Position numbers and translations under genes: made by a program. Of a DNA stretch of 64,000 nucleotides, positions 20,575 to 30,521 are shown in pieces; position 1 is the first letter of the stretch; every line of letters starts with the position of its first letter. Under the pieces are notes generated by a model. It had not been told where the DNA came from, ran no database searches, and saw nothing but the letters and a program-made list of their open reading frames with translations. The DNA comes from Pseudomonadota bacterium (lineage in GTDB: Bacteria > Desulfobacterota > Desulfobacteria > Desulfobacterales > RPRI01): the NCBI GenBank assembly GCA_043825875.1, contig JBDRRF010000035.1, forward strand, positions 1 through 64,000. The letters are read 5' to 3'.

Positions 20575-20629
20575 AAATTTGAGCCCAACGCAGAGATCGG
20601 CCAAAATGGGGCGTTTTGAAACTGACTCT
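20575..20629 (+). mobile_element. Truncated (right 55 bp) copy of the 144-bp element
   Basis: AAATTTGAGCCCAACGCAGAGATCGGCCAAAATGGGGCGTTTTGAAACTGACTCT matches 16391-16445 with 2 mismatches. Confidence 0.85.
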
Positions 20630-20689
20630 TGTATAAAAGCCGATTTGCAAACAAGAGCGTATGCAAAGATTGTTTAGAGGAGCAAAGTT

Positions 20690-21256
20690 ATGACCAACAT
20701 AAGACATGCCATGGAACCGGGTGATGCTTTGATAATAGTTGATGTTCAAAATGATTTCTGCCCCGGCGGTTTGCTTCCGATTAAAGATGGCCATATGATT
20801 GTTCCTGTAATTAACCAATGGATCGAAGCAGCCGTTGAAAATAACATACCCGTATATGTCTCACGAGACTGGCATCCTGTTGGGCACTTAAGCTTTAAAG
20901 ACAGTGGAGGGCTTTGGCCGCCCCACTGTATCCAGGATAGCGATGGCGCAAGATTTCATCCGAATCTTAAGTTACCTGACTCTGCAATAATGATTACTAA
21001 AGGTGTGCGCTTTGATCAGGACCAGAATTCGGTTTTTGACCAGACAGGGTTTGCCTTTAAGCTTAAAAAAGACGGCATCAAGCGGCTGTTGGTTTCCGGT
21101 CTTGCCGAAGATGTCTGTGTTCTGGCGACAGTTACAGATGCTTGCAAAGAAGGCTTTGAAACAATACTTATCGCAAATGCTACAAAGCCGGTTACCCAAA
21201 AAGGCGGTAAAGAAGCGCGTCAGAAAATGCAGGATGCCGGAGTGAATTTTGTATAA
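20690..21256 (+). CDS. pncA: Nicotinamidase/pyrazinamidase
   Basis: IVDVQNDFCPGG, RDWHP, WPPHC, GLAEDVCV; next to pncB. Confidence 0.92.
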   Translation: MTNIRHAMEPGDALIIVDVQNDFCPGGLLPIKDGHMIVPVINQWIEAAVENNIPVYVSRDWHPVGHLSFKDSGGLWPPHCIQDSDGARFHPNLKLPDSAIMITKGVRFDQDQNSVFDQTGFAFKLKKDGIKRLLVSGLAEDVCVLATVTDACKEGFETILIANATKPVTQKGGKEARQKMQDAGVNFV

Positions 21257-21434
21257 TAAAAATGGATAGTTTTTTCTTAACCGAATACAATAGTTGCAAT
21301 ATAATATAAATAATACTTCTCAAAATAATAATTAAATTGATTTTAGCGGCAAAAAAGCGTTAATATAATAGTGATTAAAAAGATAACATGATTAAATAGT
21401 TATAAAGTACAATCAGTCCGTTCGGGAGGAAACA

Positions 21435-21857
21435 ATGACATTTAAAAATATTCTTGTCCCTTGTGATCTTACCAAAAGCAGCCAAAAAGCACTTGATATA
21501 GCAATCTCTATGATTTTAAAAGATATGGGAGAAATTACGCTAATCCATGTGATTGAAAAGATAGAGGGCATTGAGGATGAAGATCTTATAAGCTTTTACC
21601 AAAAACTGAAAACCCGCGCTCAGAAGAAAATGGATGAAATAGCACTTGAATATAAAAATCATGGCATTCCCGTTAAAACGGAAATTACAATTGGTAAACG
21701 AGTGCCGGATATTCTAAGGGCTGTTCAGGAACATAAAATTGATCTTATAATTTTAAAATCACATAAGATAGAAGAAGTTCGCACAGGCGAAGGTTGGGCC
21801 ACTATAAGTTACAAGATTGCGATATTAGCTCCATGCCCTGTGATGATGGTTAAATAA
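21435..21857 (+). CDS. Universal stress protein
   Basis: FKNILVPCDLT..S, IDLIIL, APCPVMMVK. Confidence 0.9.
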   Translation: MTFKNILVPCDLTKSSQKALDIAISMILKDMGEITLIHVIEKIEGIEDEDLISFYQKLKTRAQKKMDEIALEYKNHGIPVKTEITIGKRVPDILRAVQEHKIDLIILKSHKIEEVRTGEGWATISYKIAILAPCPVMMVK

Positions 21858-21889
21858 AAGTTTATAGCTTGTTATGAGGGATTTGGTTT

Positions 21890-24742
21890 ATGCCCAAAAA
21901 ATTCGTAATCGGAACACTTGCTTTTATTGTTGTTTATACCGTTTTCGGATTTTTTATTCTTCCTTCCATTCTAAAGTCCATACTAACCAAAAACCTTACT
22001 GAAAGACTCCACCGCACAGTCTCAATTGAGGATATAAAAACCAATCCTTACATAATATCTGCTAAGGTAAAAGGCCTGGTCATTAAAGATCAGCAGAATC
22101 AGGATATATTTGCATCAATAGCCGAACTCTATATAAATGCTCAGATTGAATCCTTGCTAAAAAGAGCTTTAGTTATTAAAGAAATAAGTGTATCCAAACC
22201 CTATATAAACATAATACATAATGCTTCACAGCAATATAATTTTTCAGACCTTATTCAGGAAAACGGCGCAAAAGAGGATACAAAAAAAGAGTCTTTCAGA
22301 TTTTTTTTAGGAAATATCCAGGTGTCGGGCGGGCAAATTAATTTTCTTGATTTACCTAAGAACAAGCAGCATAAAGTTTCAGATATTTCTTTTGCTCTTC
22401 CGTTTTTATCCAATATGAAAAAAAGTGCCGATATATTTGTGCAACCGTATTTCAGAGCAAACATAAATGGCACTCCCCTTGTAATCGAAGGCAAATCAAA
22501 ACCATTTGCCGGAAGTCTTGAAACTGTTTTTAATATCAATCTAAAAGGGATCCAGATCCCAAACTATATGGATTATCTGCCGAAGGAAATAGAGGTTAAG
22601 ATACCATCGGGAACTCTTGATGTTCAGGCAAACATTGCATATATCCAGCCCCAGGACAAAACTCCTGCTTTTCATGTTTCCGGCGCATTAGGACTAAACA
22701 ACCTAAAAATTTATGATACAAAAGATCTCCCGCTTATCTTTCTTTCCGGTCTTTCGATCAAAATTGCCGACATTGCGTTTCCTGAAAGAAATGCACATCT
22801 GTCCGGCATTGATATTACATCTCCTGAATTATATATCAGGCGTGATAAATCAGGTAAGATAAATTTAAATGCTATTATACGGAAAATAAACACTCAGGAA
22901 ACTGAAGCAAAAACTGAAAGCCAACCGTTTCCAATTCAAATAGACCAGGTTAAGCTTAAATCCGGTAGCTTCTACTTTTCAGATGAGTCAACTTCAGACC
23001 CCGTTAATCTTGTAGCCGATAATCTGGACATAAGTGCCCACAACATAGATACAGCAAAGGGCGGTATGGCAGAGCTTTCCTGCAGGTTGAACAAGAAGGG
23101 TATGATTTCAACAAAGGCAACATTTGCAATAGACCCATTAAAATGTGATGCCGAGGTAAGTATAGAAGGAATGGAACCGGCATGGGTGCAGTCCTATTTC
23201 ACTGATCAGATACGCATAATTGTGACAAAAGGGCGTGTATCAACCAAAGGCACTTTTACAATGAAACAGGACAATATGAAAAATCCGCAAATTTCATATA
23301 AAGGAAGTGCCGCACTTTCTGATTTTGCTTCTGTAGATAAAGAGAATAATGATGACTTTTTCAAAATAAATGCGCTTAACTTTAATGCTCTTGATGCAGG
23401 TTTTAACCCAACCTATGTTGATATTAAAGAAATATCTCTGAAAGATTTTTTTGCCGGCATTGTCGTAAATGCTGATGGGAAGCTCAACTTAAGCAATGTG
23501 GTTAAACAGGATCAGAATAGTACTATACCCAAGAAAGAGGAGAACAATAAAAGCATTGAAAAAATACGGATCGGCAAAGTTTCGCTCAAGAACGGTAACA
23601 TCAGGTTTGTTGACAGGAGCATCAACCCAAACTTTTCAACGGAACTTGTAAATATCAAAGGATCAATTACAGGACTGACGTCGCGGGAAACGGAAGTTGC
23701 AAAGGTTGAATTGTCAGGTAAGCTTGAAAACACTTCTCCTTTGTCGATCACCGGCAGCATAAACCCGCTAAAAGATGATCTTTTTGTGGATTTGCATACA
23801 AGTTTTAAAGACATAGATTTAAGCTCAGAATCGCCTTATTCCGGGAAATATATAGGATATACAATAAACAAGGGTAAACTTTCTCTTAACCTGAAATACC
23901 TCATTAATAAAAAGAAGCTCGATTCGCAAAATGATGTTTTTATCGATCAGTTTACTTTCGGCAATTCTGTTGACAGCCCGGATGCTACCAGTTTGCCTGT
24001 TAGCCTTGCAGTTTCCCTGCTAAAGGATTATCAAGGCAAAATAAATCTCAACTTGCCTGTTTCAGGAAGAACTGATGACCCGGAATTCAGCGTATGGAAA
24101 GTTATTGTTAAAATACTTGTCAATCTTGTTGGAAAGGCTGCAACTTCTCCTTTTTCACTTCTTACTTCATTATATCCCGGCGCAGATCAGCTAAGCAATG
24201 TGAACTTTGATTTTGGAACGGCTGCTCTTTCCCCACAGAGTGAAGGCAAGCTTCAACTTCTTAAAAAGATATTAACGGACAAACCGTCAGTGTCCCTTGA
24301 GGTAAAAGGATATGCCGACAAGGATAAAGACCGGCAGGCCATTATTCAATATTTATTTGAAAAGAAATTAAAGGCCCAGAAACTCATAAAAATGATCAAA
24401 TCAGGTCAGCCTGCGATTGAAGTGGATAAAATTACCATTTCACCTGATGAATATGAATTATATCTGAAAGAAGCATATCGGGCGGAAACATTACCAAAGC
24501 CGAAAACTACCAAAGACAATCCTGCTGTACCGGAGATGAAAAAGTTAATCATTGATCATATACAGGTAACAGAGAGTGATCTGAAATTTCTTGCAAAACA
24601 ACGCGCCAAGCAGGTGAAAAATTTTCTGCAAAAATCACAGCAGATCAACCCTGAAAGAATATTTTTAGTTGAAGCTGAGTTAATCTCTAAAGAAAAATCC
24701 GAAGGTGCTGGAGCTGCGTATGTAGGACTTAATCTTAAATAG
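21890..24742 (+). CDS. DUF748 repeat protein (AsmA-like) with C-terminal OmpA-like region
   Basis: N-terminal membrane anchor, repeated beta-rich units, SPYSGKYIGY, LPVSLAVSLLKD, LAKQRAKQVK. Confidence 0.8.
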   Translation: MPKKFVIGTLAFIVVYTVFGFFILPSILKSILTKNLTERLHRTVSIEDIKTNPYIISAKVKGLVIKDQQNQDIFASIAELYINAQIESLLKRALVIKEISVSKPYINIIHNASQQYNFSDLIQENGAKEDTKKESFRFFLGNIQVSGGQINFLDLPKNKQHKVSDISFALPFLSNMKKSADIFVQPYFRANINGTPLVIEGKSKPFAGSLETVFNINLKGIQIPNYMDYLPKEIEVKIPSGTLDVQANIAYIQPQDKTPAFHVSGALGLNNLKIYDTKDLPLIFLSGLSIKIADIAFPERNAHLSGIDITSPELYIRRDKSGKINLNAIIRKINTQETEAKTESQPFPIQIDQVKLKSGSFYFSDESTSDPVNLVADNLDISAHNIDTAKGGMAELSCRLNKKGMISTKATFAIDPLKCDAEVSIEGMEPAWVQSYFTDQIRIIVTKGRVSTKGTFTMKQDNMKNPQISYKGSAALSDFASVDKENNDDFFKINALNFNALDAGFNPTYVDIKEISLKDFFAGIVVNADGKLNLSNVVKQDQNSTIPKKEENNKSIEKIRIGKVSLKNGNIRFVDRSINPNFSTELVNIKGSITGLTSRETEVAKVELSGKLENTSPLSITGSINPLKDDLFVDLHTSFKDIDLSSESPYSGKYIGYTINKGKLSLNLKYLINKKKLDSQNDVFIDQFTFGNSVDSPDATSLPVSLAVSLLKDYQGKINLNLPVSGRTDDPEFSVWKVIVKILVNLVGKAATSPFSLLTSLYPGADQLSNVNFDFGTAALSPQSEGKLQLLKKILTDKPSVSLEVKGYADKDKDRQAIIQYLFEKKLKAQKLIKMIKSGQPAIEVDKITISPDEYELYLKEAYRAETLPKPKTTKDNPAVPEMKKLIIDHIQVTESDLKFLAKQRAKQVKNFLQKSQQINPERIFLVEAELISKEKSEGAGAAYVGLNLK

Positions 24743-24785
24743 AAGAGCCAACTAAATAAATACGATATATATAAGGAAATGATTC

Positions 24786-26123
24786 ATGAAAGGTCTGTTG
24801 AAAAAGGCTGCTGGAATTATTGATTTTATAAGAGAAGATGTATGGAGAATACGTATAAAGGATCTTAATATTATAAAGCGTTTTATTCTCAAAGGATTAA
24901 GAATCATCATTATCGCAGCAAAAGAATTTGTTTATGACAAATGTCCGCTTCGAGCCTCCGCCCTTACTTATTACTCGCTTCTTTCCGTAGTTCCGGTTGC
25001 GGCAATGGCATTTGCTATTGCCAAGGGATTCAGATTACAAAAACTTCTTGAAGAACAGCTTATGGAAAAGTTTTCCGGTCAGGAAGTAATGGTAATGCAG
25101 ATATTGGAATTCTCCAATAATATGCTTAAAAATACCAAGGGTGGAGTTATCGCTGGTGTGGGTGTGGTAGTACTTCTATGGGCTGTTATAAATGTTTTAA
25201 GTCAGATAGAAGACACCTTTAATGATATCTCAGGAGTTAAAAAGTCTCGTTCTTTTGGAAGAAAATTCAGTGATTATCTTTCTTTATTTATGTTTGGTCC
25301 TCTTCTTTTAATCATGTCAAGCAGTGCAATGGTATTGATTTCTACAAATCTTCCACAGATAACACAAAAAATAGCTATACTGGGTATATTCACTCCGCTT
25401 GTTGCAATTACTATAAAAATGCTTCCATATTGTTTTATATGGGTACTTTTTACTTTTATTTATATCTTCATGCCTAATCAAAAGGTGCCTTTTGTTTCCG
25501 GTCTTATTGCAGGAATTGTTGCAGGAACAATTTTTGTTGTTGTCCAAAAGTTTTATATATTTTTCCAGGTTGGAGTATCAAAATACAATACCATTTACGG
25601 CAGTTTTGCGGCGCTTCCCTTGTTCTTGCTATGGTTGCAGCTAAGCTGGTTTATAATGCTTTTCGGTGCTGAAATATCTTTTGCACACCAAAATGTAGAT
25701 GCCTATGAGTTTGAGCCGGACAGAAAAAATATCAGTCCTTTATTTAGAAAACTATTAAGCCTGCAGATCAGCCATATGCTTGTCATGAATTTCATTCAGG
25801 GTGAAAAGCCCGTAACAGTTAACCAAATATGTAATACTCTCGATATCCCGATCCGGCTTGTTCAGGAAATTTTAAATGATCTTATTGCTTGCGGTCTGAT
25901 ATCTGATACTACATCCGAAGGCAATTGCGGAACCGCTTATCAGCCTGCCCGCGATATAAACGACTTTTCCGTTTCTTTTATTATTAATGCTCTCGAAAAT
26001 AACGGCATCGATACAATTCCAACTGCACGTACGGATTCCTTTAATTCTCTATCCAAAAGATTGAAAGCTTTCGCTGAAACCATAGAAAAATCGCCATCAA
26101 ACACTTTGCTGAAAAATATTTGA
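24786..26123 (+). CDS. YihY/BrkB family inner membrane protein with C-terminal winged-helix-like region
   Basis: RASALTYYSLLSVVP, IYGSFAALPLFLLWLQLSW..FGAEI, YQPARD. Confidence 0.9.
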   Translation: MKGLLKKAAGIIDFIREDVWRIRIKDLNIIKRFILKGLRIIIIAAKEFVYDKCPLRASALTYYSLLSVVPVAAMAFAIAKGFRLQKLLEEQLMEKFSGQEVMVMQILEFSNNMLKNTKGGVIAGVGVVVLLWAVINVLSQIEDTFNDISGVKKSRSFGRKFSDYLSLFMFGPLLLIMSSSAMVLISTNLPQITQKIAILGIFTPLVAITIKMLPYCFIWVLFTFIYIFMPNQKVPFVSGLIAGIVAGTIFVVVQKFYIFFQVGVSKYNTIYGSFAALPLFLLWLQLSWFIMLFGAEISFAHQNVDAYEFEPDRKNISPLFRKLLSLQISHMLVMNFIQGEKPVTVNQICNTLDIPIRLVQEILNDLIACGLISDTTSEGNCGTAYQPARDINDFSVSFIINALENNGIDTIPTARTDSFNSLSKRLKAFAETIEKSPSNTLLKNI

Positions 26124-26340
26124 TTCGTGTAACCTTTTGTTCCTTTTAATTCCGGCATGGTTTGACTCGATTCTCGAAAAATGAGCCGTTTTACCAAAAC
26201 AATGCGCAGGCTATAAAAAAACAATTTACGGGCTTATTTGTAAAGCTGTCAATTTTGTTTACTTGTGCTAAACGGACAGGTATGTTATCAGGCCGTTGTC
26301 TGACAGGAAAATTTATTTTTATTGGAGACTAATATAAAAA

Positions 26341-27747
26341 ATGGATACCGTTATTACCCGCTTTCCGCCAAGTCCTACAGGTTATTTGCATGTAGGCGGC
26401 GCCAGAACCGCTTTGTTTAACTGGCTTTATGCGCGTCATATGAAAGGGCGCTTTGTGTTAAGAATTGAAGACACAGATACCCAGCGCTCAACTCAGGCTT
26501 CTGTTGATGCAATATTTGAAGCAATGGAATGGCTTGGCATCGACTGGGATGAAGGCCCCTACTTTCAATCTAAACGATTTGATATTTATCTGGAATATAT
26601 ACAAAAGCTGATTGACTCAAAGAATGCATACTATTGCACATGCTCGCCTGAAAAACTGGATGAAATGCGAGCGGCCGCTATGGCAAGCGGTAAAAAGCCT
26701 AAGTATGACGGCACATGCAGGGATAAAGGCTTGGGGAAAACTGATAATGCCGTTGTCCGCATAAAGGCTCCTCTTGATGGGACAACTGTTGTGCGCGATG
26801 TCATAAAAAACAATATTGTTTTTCAGAACACTGAACTTGATGATTTTATAATCTGTAGAAGTGATGGAACTCCTACATACAATCTTGCTGTAGTTGTAGA
26901 TGATATAACTATGTCCATTAATACTATCATCAGGGGCGATGACCATGTCAACAATACGCCAAAGCAGATCATTATATACAATGCTCTCGGGCATCCTTTG
27001 CCAACTTTCGGCCATGTTCCAATGGTGCTGGGAAGCGATAGAACCCGTTTGAGCAAAAGGCATGGTGCCATGTCTGTAACCGAATACAAAGATATGGGAT
27101 ATTTGCCTGATGCTTTCATCAATTATATTGCAAGACTTGGCTGGTCACACGGTGATCAGGAGTTTTTTACCAGAGATGAGCTGATAGAAAAATTTTCGCT
27201 TGAAAATATAGGAAGATCAGCAGGGATTTTTGATATAAATAAGCTTCTTGCTTTAAATGCTGAGCATATAAAATTGACTGATCCCAAAAAAATCACAAGT
27301 CGTCTTGCTCCGTTTCTAAATAATCTTGGGTTTGAAATCAAAGAAGGACCTTTTATAGAAGGTGTAATAAAAACGCTTAATGCCCGAAGCAAAACTTTAA
27401 AAGAAATGGCTGAAAGCGCAGAGTTTTATTTTAAGGATACGATTTCATATCAGCAGGATGCTGCTTCAAAATTTCTAACATCTGATTTTCTTGAAATTCT
27501 TAATACCCTTGTTTCTTTGCTTGAGACTCTTGAATCTTTTGATGAAAAAAGGCTTGAAAGTGTTTTTCTTAAAGTTATGGAACAAACCGGGCTCAAACTT
27601 GGAAAAATTGCACAGCCGGTTCGAGTAGCTTTAACCGGAAAGACAATCAGCCCAGGAATTTTTGAAATATTAAACATTCTTGGAAAAGAAAAATCACTTG
27701 AAAGGTTAAGGCAGGCGGTCTCATTTATCGAGGACAAAAAAAACTGA
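26341..27747 (+). CDS. gltX: Glutamate--tRNA ligase
   Basis: RFPPSPTGYLHVGG, RIEDTD, IRGDDH, RLSKR, PVRVALTG. Confidence 0.97.
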   Translation: MDTVITRFPPSPTGYLHVGGARTALFNWLYARHMKGRFVLRIEDTDTQRSTQASVDAIFEAMEWLGIDWDEGPYFQSKRFDIYLEYIQKLIDSKNAYYCTCSPEKLDEMRAAAMASGKKPKYDGTCRDKGLGKTDNAVVRIKAPLDGTTVVRDVIKNNIVFQNTELDDFIICRSDGTPTYNLAVVVDDITMSINTIIRGDDHVNNTPKQIIIYNALGHPLPTFGHVPMVLGSDRTRLSKRHGAMSVTEYKDMGYLPDAFINYIARLGWSHGDQEFFTRDELIEKFSLENIGRSAGIFDINKLLALNAEHIKLTDPKKITSRLAPFLNNLGFEIKEGPFIEGVIKTLNARSKTLKEMAESAEFYFKDTISYQQDAASKFLTSDFLEILNTLVSLLETLESFDEKRLESVFLKVMEQTGLKLGKIAQPVRVALTGKTISPGIFEILNILGKEKSLERLRQAVSFIEDKKN

Positions 27748-27775
27748 TTTTGCAACAATCTCCGGGAAAATTATC

Positions 27776-27804
27776 TTGACTATCATTTTCTCATTCAATA
27801 GTAT
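27776..27804 (+). promoter_or_regulatory. Sigma-70 promoter for tRNA-Gln
   Basis: TTGACT-17nt-TAGTAT, ending 54 nt before the tRNA. Confidence 0.6.
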
Positions 27805-27858
27805 TGGCACGCTTGTTACGCATTGAAACAGGCTTAAGATTAAAGACATAAAACTAAA

Positions 27859-27932
27859 TGGGGGATGGTCTAGCGGCAGGACGACGGGTTCTGGCCCCGT
27901 TAACCCAGGTTCGAATCCTGGTCCCCCAGCCA
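27859..27932 (+). tRNA. tRNA-Gln (anticodon CTG)
   Basis: Acceptor TGGGGGA/TCCCCCA, anticodon arm ACGGG-TTCTGGC-CCCGT, T-arm CCAGG-TTCGAAT-CCTGG, encoded CCA. Confidence 0.97.
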
Positions 27933-27968
27933 TTTTTATTTTCTTCGTAAAAATTCCGTAGAACACCT

Positions 27969-28580
27969 TTATTTTTCAGCAATTTGTTTTAAATATGAGT
28001 CTATAATTTTCCCCGAACCTGTTCCGCAGGTAAGTATGGTTCTCATAGCTTCTTCTACTGAAATATCAACGTGATAAACGAATTCACTTTTAAGATGATA
28101 TATATAACCGGATGTAGGGTTTGGAGATGTCGGAATAAAGACTGTATAAATTCCATCCTTATGCGTATCGGTTATAAAACCTGTTAATAGAGAGCTGTTT
28201 TCATAGATTCTCACAAGAACAACCTCAGAGAAAGGAAACTTTTTTCCTACTAACTGCATGACGGTTTCCTTGATAACAGAATAACCTGGTGCAACCTTGA
28301 GCATACGTTTTTCAAGACGTGTGTGTATGTATTGCCCTGCTTTAGTTTTAACAATAACTCCAATAATGAAACAACCTATTATAATAAGGGCAATAATAAG
28401 CGCGTCGGCAATAAACTGGCTGAGATGAGATTGCGTAACAACAAGACTTGTGATGGGGCGTATAATATCTGTAACCCATCCGAACAGCCATTTTGTTACC
28501 ATTACGAAAATGAACATGGGAAGAATAACCGTAATTCCACCGATAAGAGATGTTTTAAAAAAGGATTTAAATCTTTCCAT
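27969..28580 (-). CDS. DUF502 family membrane protein
   Basis: Two N-terminal TM segments; GFIT, VFIPTSPNPTSG, SVEEAM. Confidence 0.88.
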   Translation of the reverse strand: MERFKSFFKTSLIGGITVILPMFIFVMVTKWLFGWVTDIIRPITSLVVTQSHLSQFIADALIIALIIIGCFIIGVIVKTKAGQYIHTRLEKRMLKVAPGYSVIKETVMQLVGKKFPFSEVVLVRIYENSSLLTGFITDTHKDGIYTVFIPTSPNPTSGYIYHLKSEFVYHVDISVEEAMRTILTCGTGSGKIIDSYLKQIAEK

Positions 28581-28638
28581 ATTTATCTTTCTTTCTTTAA
28601 CCAGAAGTTATTTGCATCAATAATCCCTTTGGAATGTA

Positions 28639-29349
28639 TCATATCTGTTGTTTTTTGTGTGTTTTTAAATTCAGCATTTCAACAAATACGGAAAACCCCA
28701 TAGCAAAATATATGTATCCTTTGGGAATATGCATATCGAGACCTTCGCCAACAAGGGCCATGCCAATTAAAAGAAGAAAACTTAATGCCAGAATTTTAAT
28801 GGTGGGGTGATTATCTACAAACGAACTTAAAGGAGCCGAAAAAATCATCATAAATATTACTGCAAGAACAATAGCAATAACCATTATCTCGATCCTGTTT
28901 GCAAGACCTATGGCTGTTATAACAGAATCAAGGGAAAAAATAATATCAAGAAACATTATCTGAATTACTACACTTAAAAAAGTTGTTTTGCCGGTCTTTG
29001 TTGGATTATGTTCTGATCCCTCAAGTTTTTCATGGATTTCAAGAGTGCTTTTTCCAAGCAGAAACAGCCCTCCGATAATAAGAATTATATCTCTTCCCGA
29101 AATATCATTGTTTATAACCGTAAAAATCGGTTTTGTAAGACGCATTATGAGGGTCAAGGAAAAAAGGAGGGCTATGCGCGTAATCATTGCAAGGGCAAGG
29201 CCTGTAATACGTGCCTTGCCCTGTTGATCTGCGGGAAGTTTGCCTGCAAGTATCGCAATAAAAATTATATTATCGACACCAAGAACAATTTCAAGCAGTG
29301 TAAGAGTTACCAGTGCAAGCCAGATACCCGGCTCAAAAAGCCATGACAT
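28639..29349 (-). CDS. TerC family membrane protein
   Basis: LEIVLGVDNIIF, DIIFSLDSVITA, HPTIKILAL, IPKGYIYFAM. Confidence 0.93.
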   Translation of the reverse strand: MSWLFEPGIWLALVTLTLLEIVLGVDNIIFIAILAGKLPADQQGKARITGLALAMITRIALLFSLTLIMRLTKPIFTVINNDISGRDIILIIGGLFLLGKSTLEIHEKLEGSEHNPTKTGKTTFLSVVIQIMFLDIIFSLDSVITAIGLANRIEIMVIAIVLAVIFMMIFSAPLSSFVDNHPTIKILALSFLLLIGMALVGEGLDMHIPKGYIYFAMGFSVFVEMLNLKTHKKQQI

Positions 29350-29373
29350 AAATTGTCTCTTGTTAGATTATTT

Positions 29374-29694
29374 CTAAGATAATGGCAGATCCTCACCTAA
29401 AGATCTTTTAAAAGTATAATCGATATTTTGACCTAAAAGAGCATCATAAGCTTTATCTGTACTGTCATCAATCAGTGTAAACGGATAGGCAACAGCAAAA
29501 ATTACCGCTCCTACAGGAACAAGCACAATGCCGATAGGTCTTGCGATCAAAAGATCCAATGTATATTCAAGGGCATTAGGCCCTTTTTCTCCTGTAGCCG
29601 ATCCATTTTCCAATGTTGCAAAAGAAGCTGACGGTATAATAATCAGACAGAAAATTAACAATGAGATGGTTAATTTTTTGAAATTGTTAAACAT
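29374..29694 (-). CDS. Small exported/membrane hypothetical protein
   Basis: GGAGG RBS, signal peptide, DLLIARPIG hydrophobic hairpin, YTFKRSLG tail. Confidence 0.75.
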   Translation of the reverse strand: MFNNFKKLTISLLIFCLIIIPSASFATLENGSATGEKGPNALEYTLDLLIARPIGIVLVPVGAVIFAVAYPFTLIDDSTDKAYDALLGQNIDYTFKRSLGEDLPLS

Positions 29695-29891
29695 GCTATC
29701 CTCCGTATTTTCTAATATTTTTTCACCTTACCGCTTTAATTTTTTACAAATCGAGAATGTAGCTATACCCGTTACCAATATTAGTTATTAATCTGTTGCT
29801 AAAAACTGCTTGTGGTAATATTTAAAACCGCCTGTCAAAAAAGTCAATATTTTGGGAAACGCTATAAAGATAAAAAGCATATTTAAATTAT

Positions 29892-30035
29892 GGAGCCAGT
29901 TTCAAAACGTCCCATTTTGGCCGATCTCTGCGTTGGGCTCAAATTTTAATCCTCGAAATACTCCATGTATTCCTGCGGGTAAAATTTTCGCCCGCCTTGA
30001 GCTTGACCAAACTGAAACGTTTTGAAAGTGGCTCT
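29892..30035 (-). mobile_element. 144-bp MITE-like palindromic element, copy 2 (opposite orientation)
   Basis: Reverse complement aligns end to end with 16302-16445; same length. Confidence 0.8.
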
Positions 30036-30212
30036 ATGGAATTGTGAATTAAGTCCGCAATAAAAAAACAGGAATTTTCTAACTTTTTTACCAATATAGC
30101 AGCAATGATTTTTTATTTGGTGGGAAAAGAGATTAACATCTTCCGTGCTTTAAAATCAAACAAATATCTTCTTCATTAATTTTGAATATTGCCATCATAA
30201 TTCTTTATAATA

Positions 30213-30362
30213 TCATTGTTTTTTTTCAGTCTTCTTTAGTTTTGGTTTTTTCTTTTTAAGACATATTCTGTCTTTTCTAACAAAAGCACATAGCTTGGGA
30301 TTGTAATATTCTTTACAATTTAACGGATTATATAGTGGGCATTCAGGATGTTTTACCGACAT
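30213..30362 (-). CDS. 49-aa Cys/His-rich basic small protein (not in ORF track)
   Basis: MSVKHPECPLYNPLNCKEYYNPKLCAFVRKDRICLKKKKPKLKKTEKKQ; AAGGA upstream; sits in an otherwise empty intergenic region. Confidence 0.65.
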   Translation of the reverse strand: MSVKHPECPLYNPLNCKEYYNPKLCAFVRKDRICLKKKKPKLKKTEKKQ

Positions 30363-30521
30363 AGCCTGTTTTTCCTTCTGAAAATATTATTGTCTTGAAA
30401 AAATAGTTTTTGTAAATAATAATTTTATCTTGCCTTGGAACTAATTTATAGTTTAAAGTTTAATACCATAAAATATTAAACTTTACAAGCTATTACCTAA
30501 AATTAAATCGGAGGGTGTAAA

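Noticed and set aside
26135..26158. Minus-strand MPELKGTK resembling a rubrerythrin N-terminus
   Set aside because: Only 8 residues, and similarity stops before the diagnostic AFAGES motif; cannot be told from chance
27721..27966. 81-aa minus-strand ORF (MAGGPGFEPGLTGPEPVVLPLDHPP)
   Set aside because: Antisense translation of tRNA-Gln
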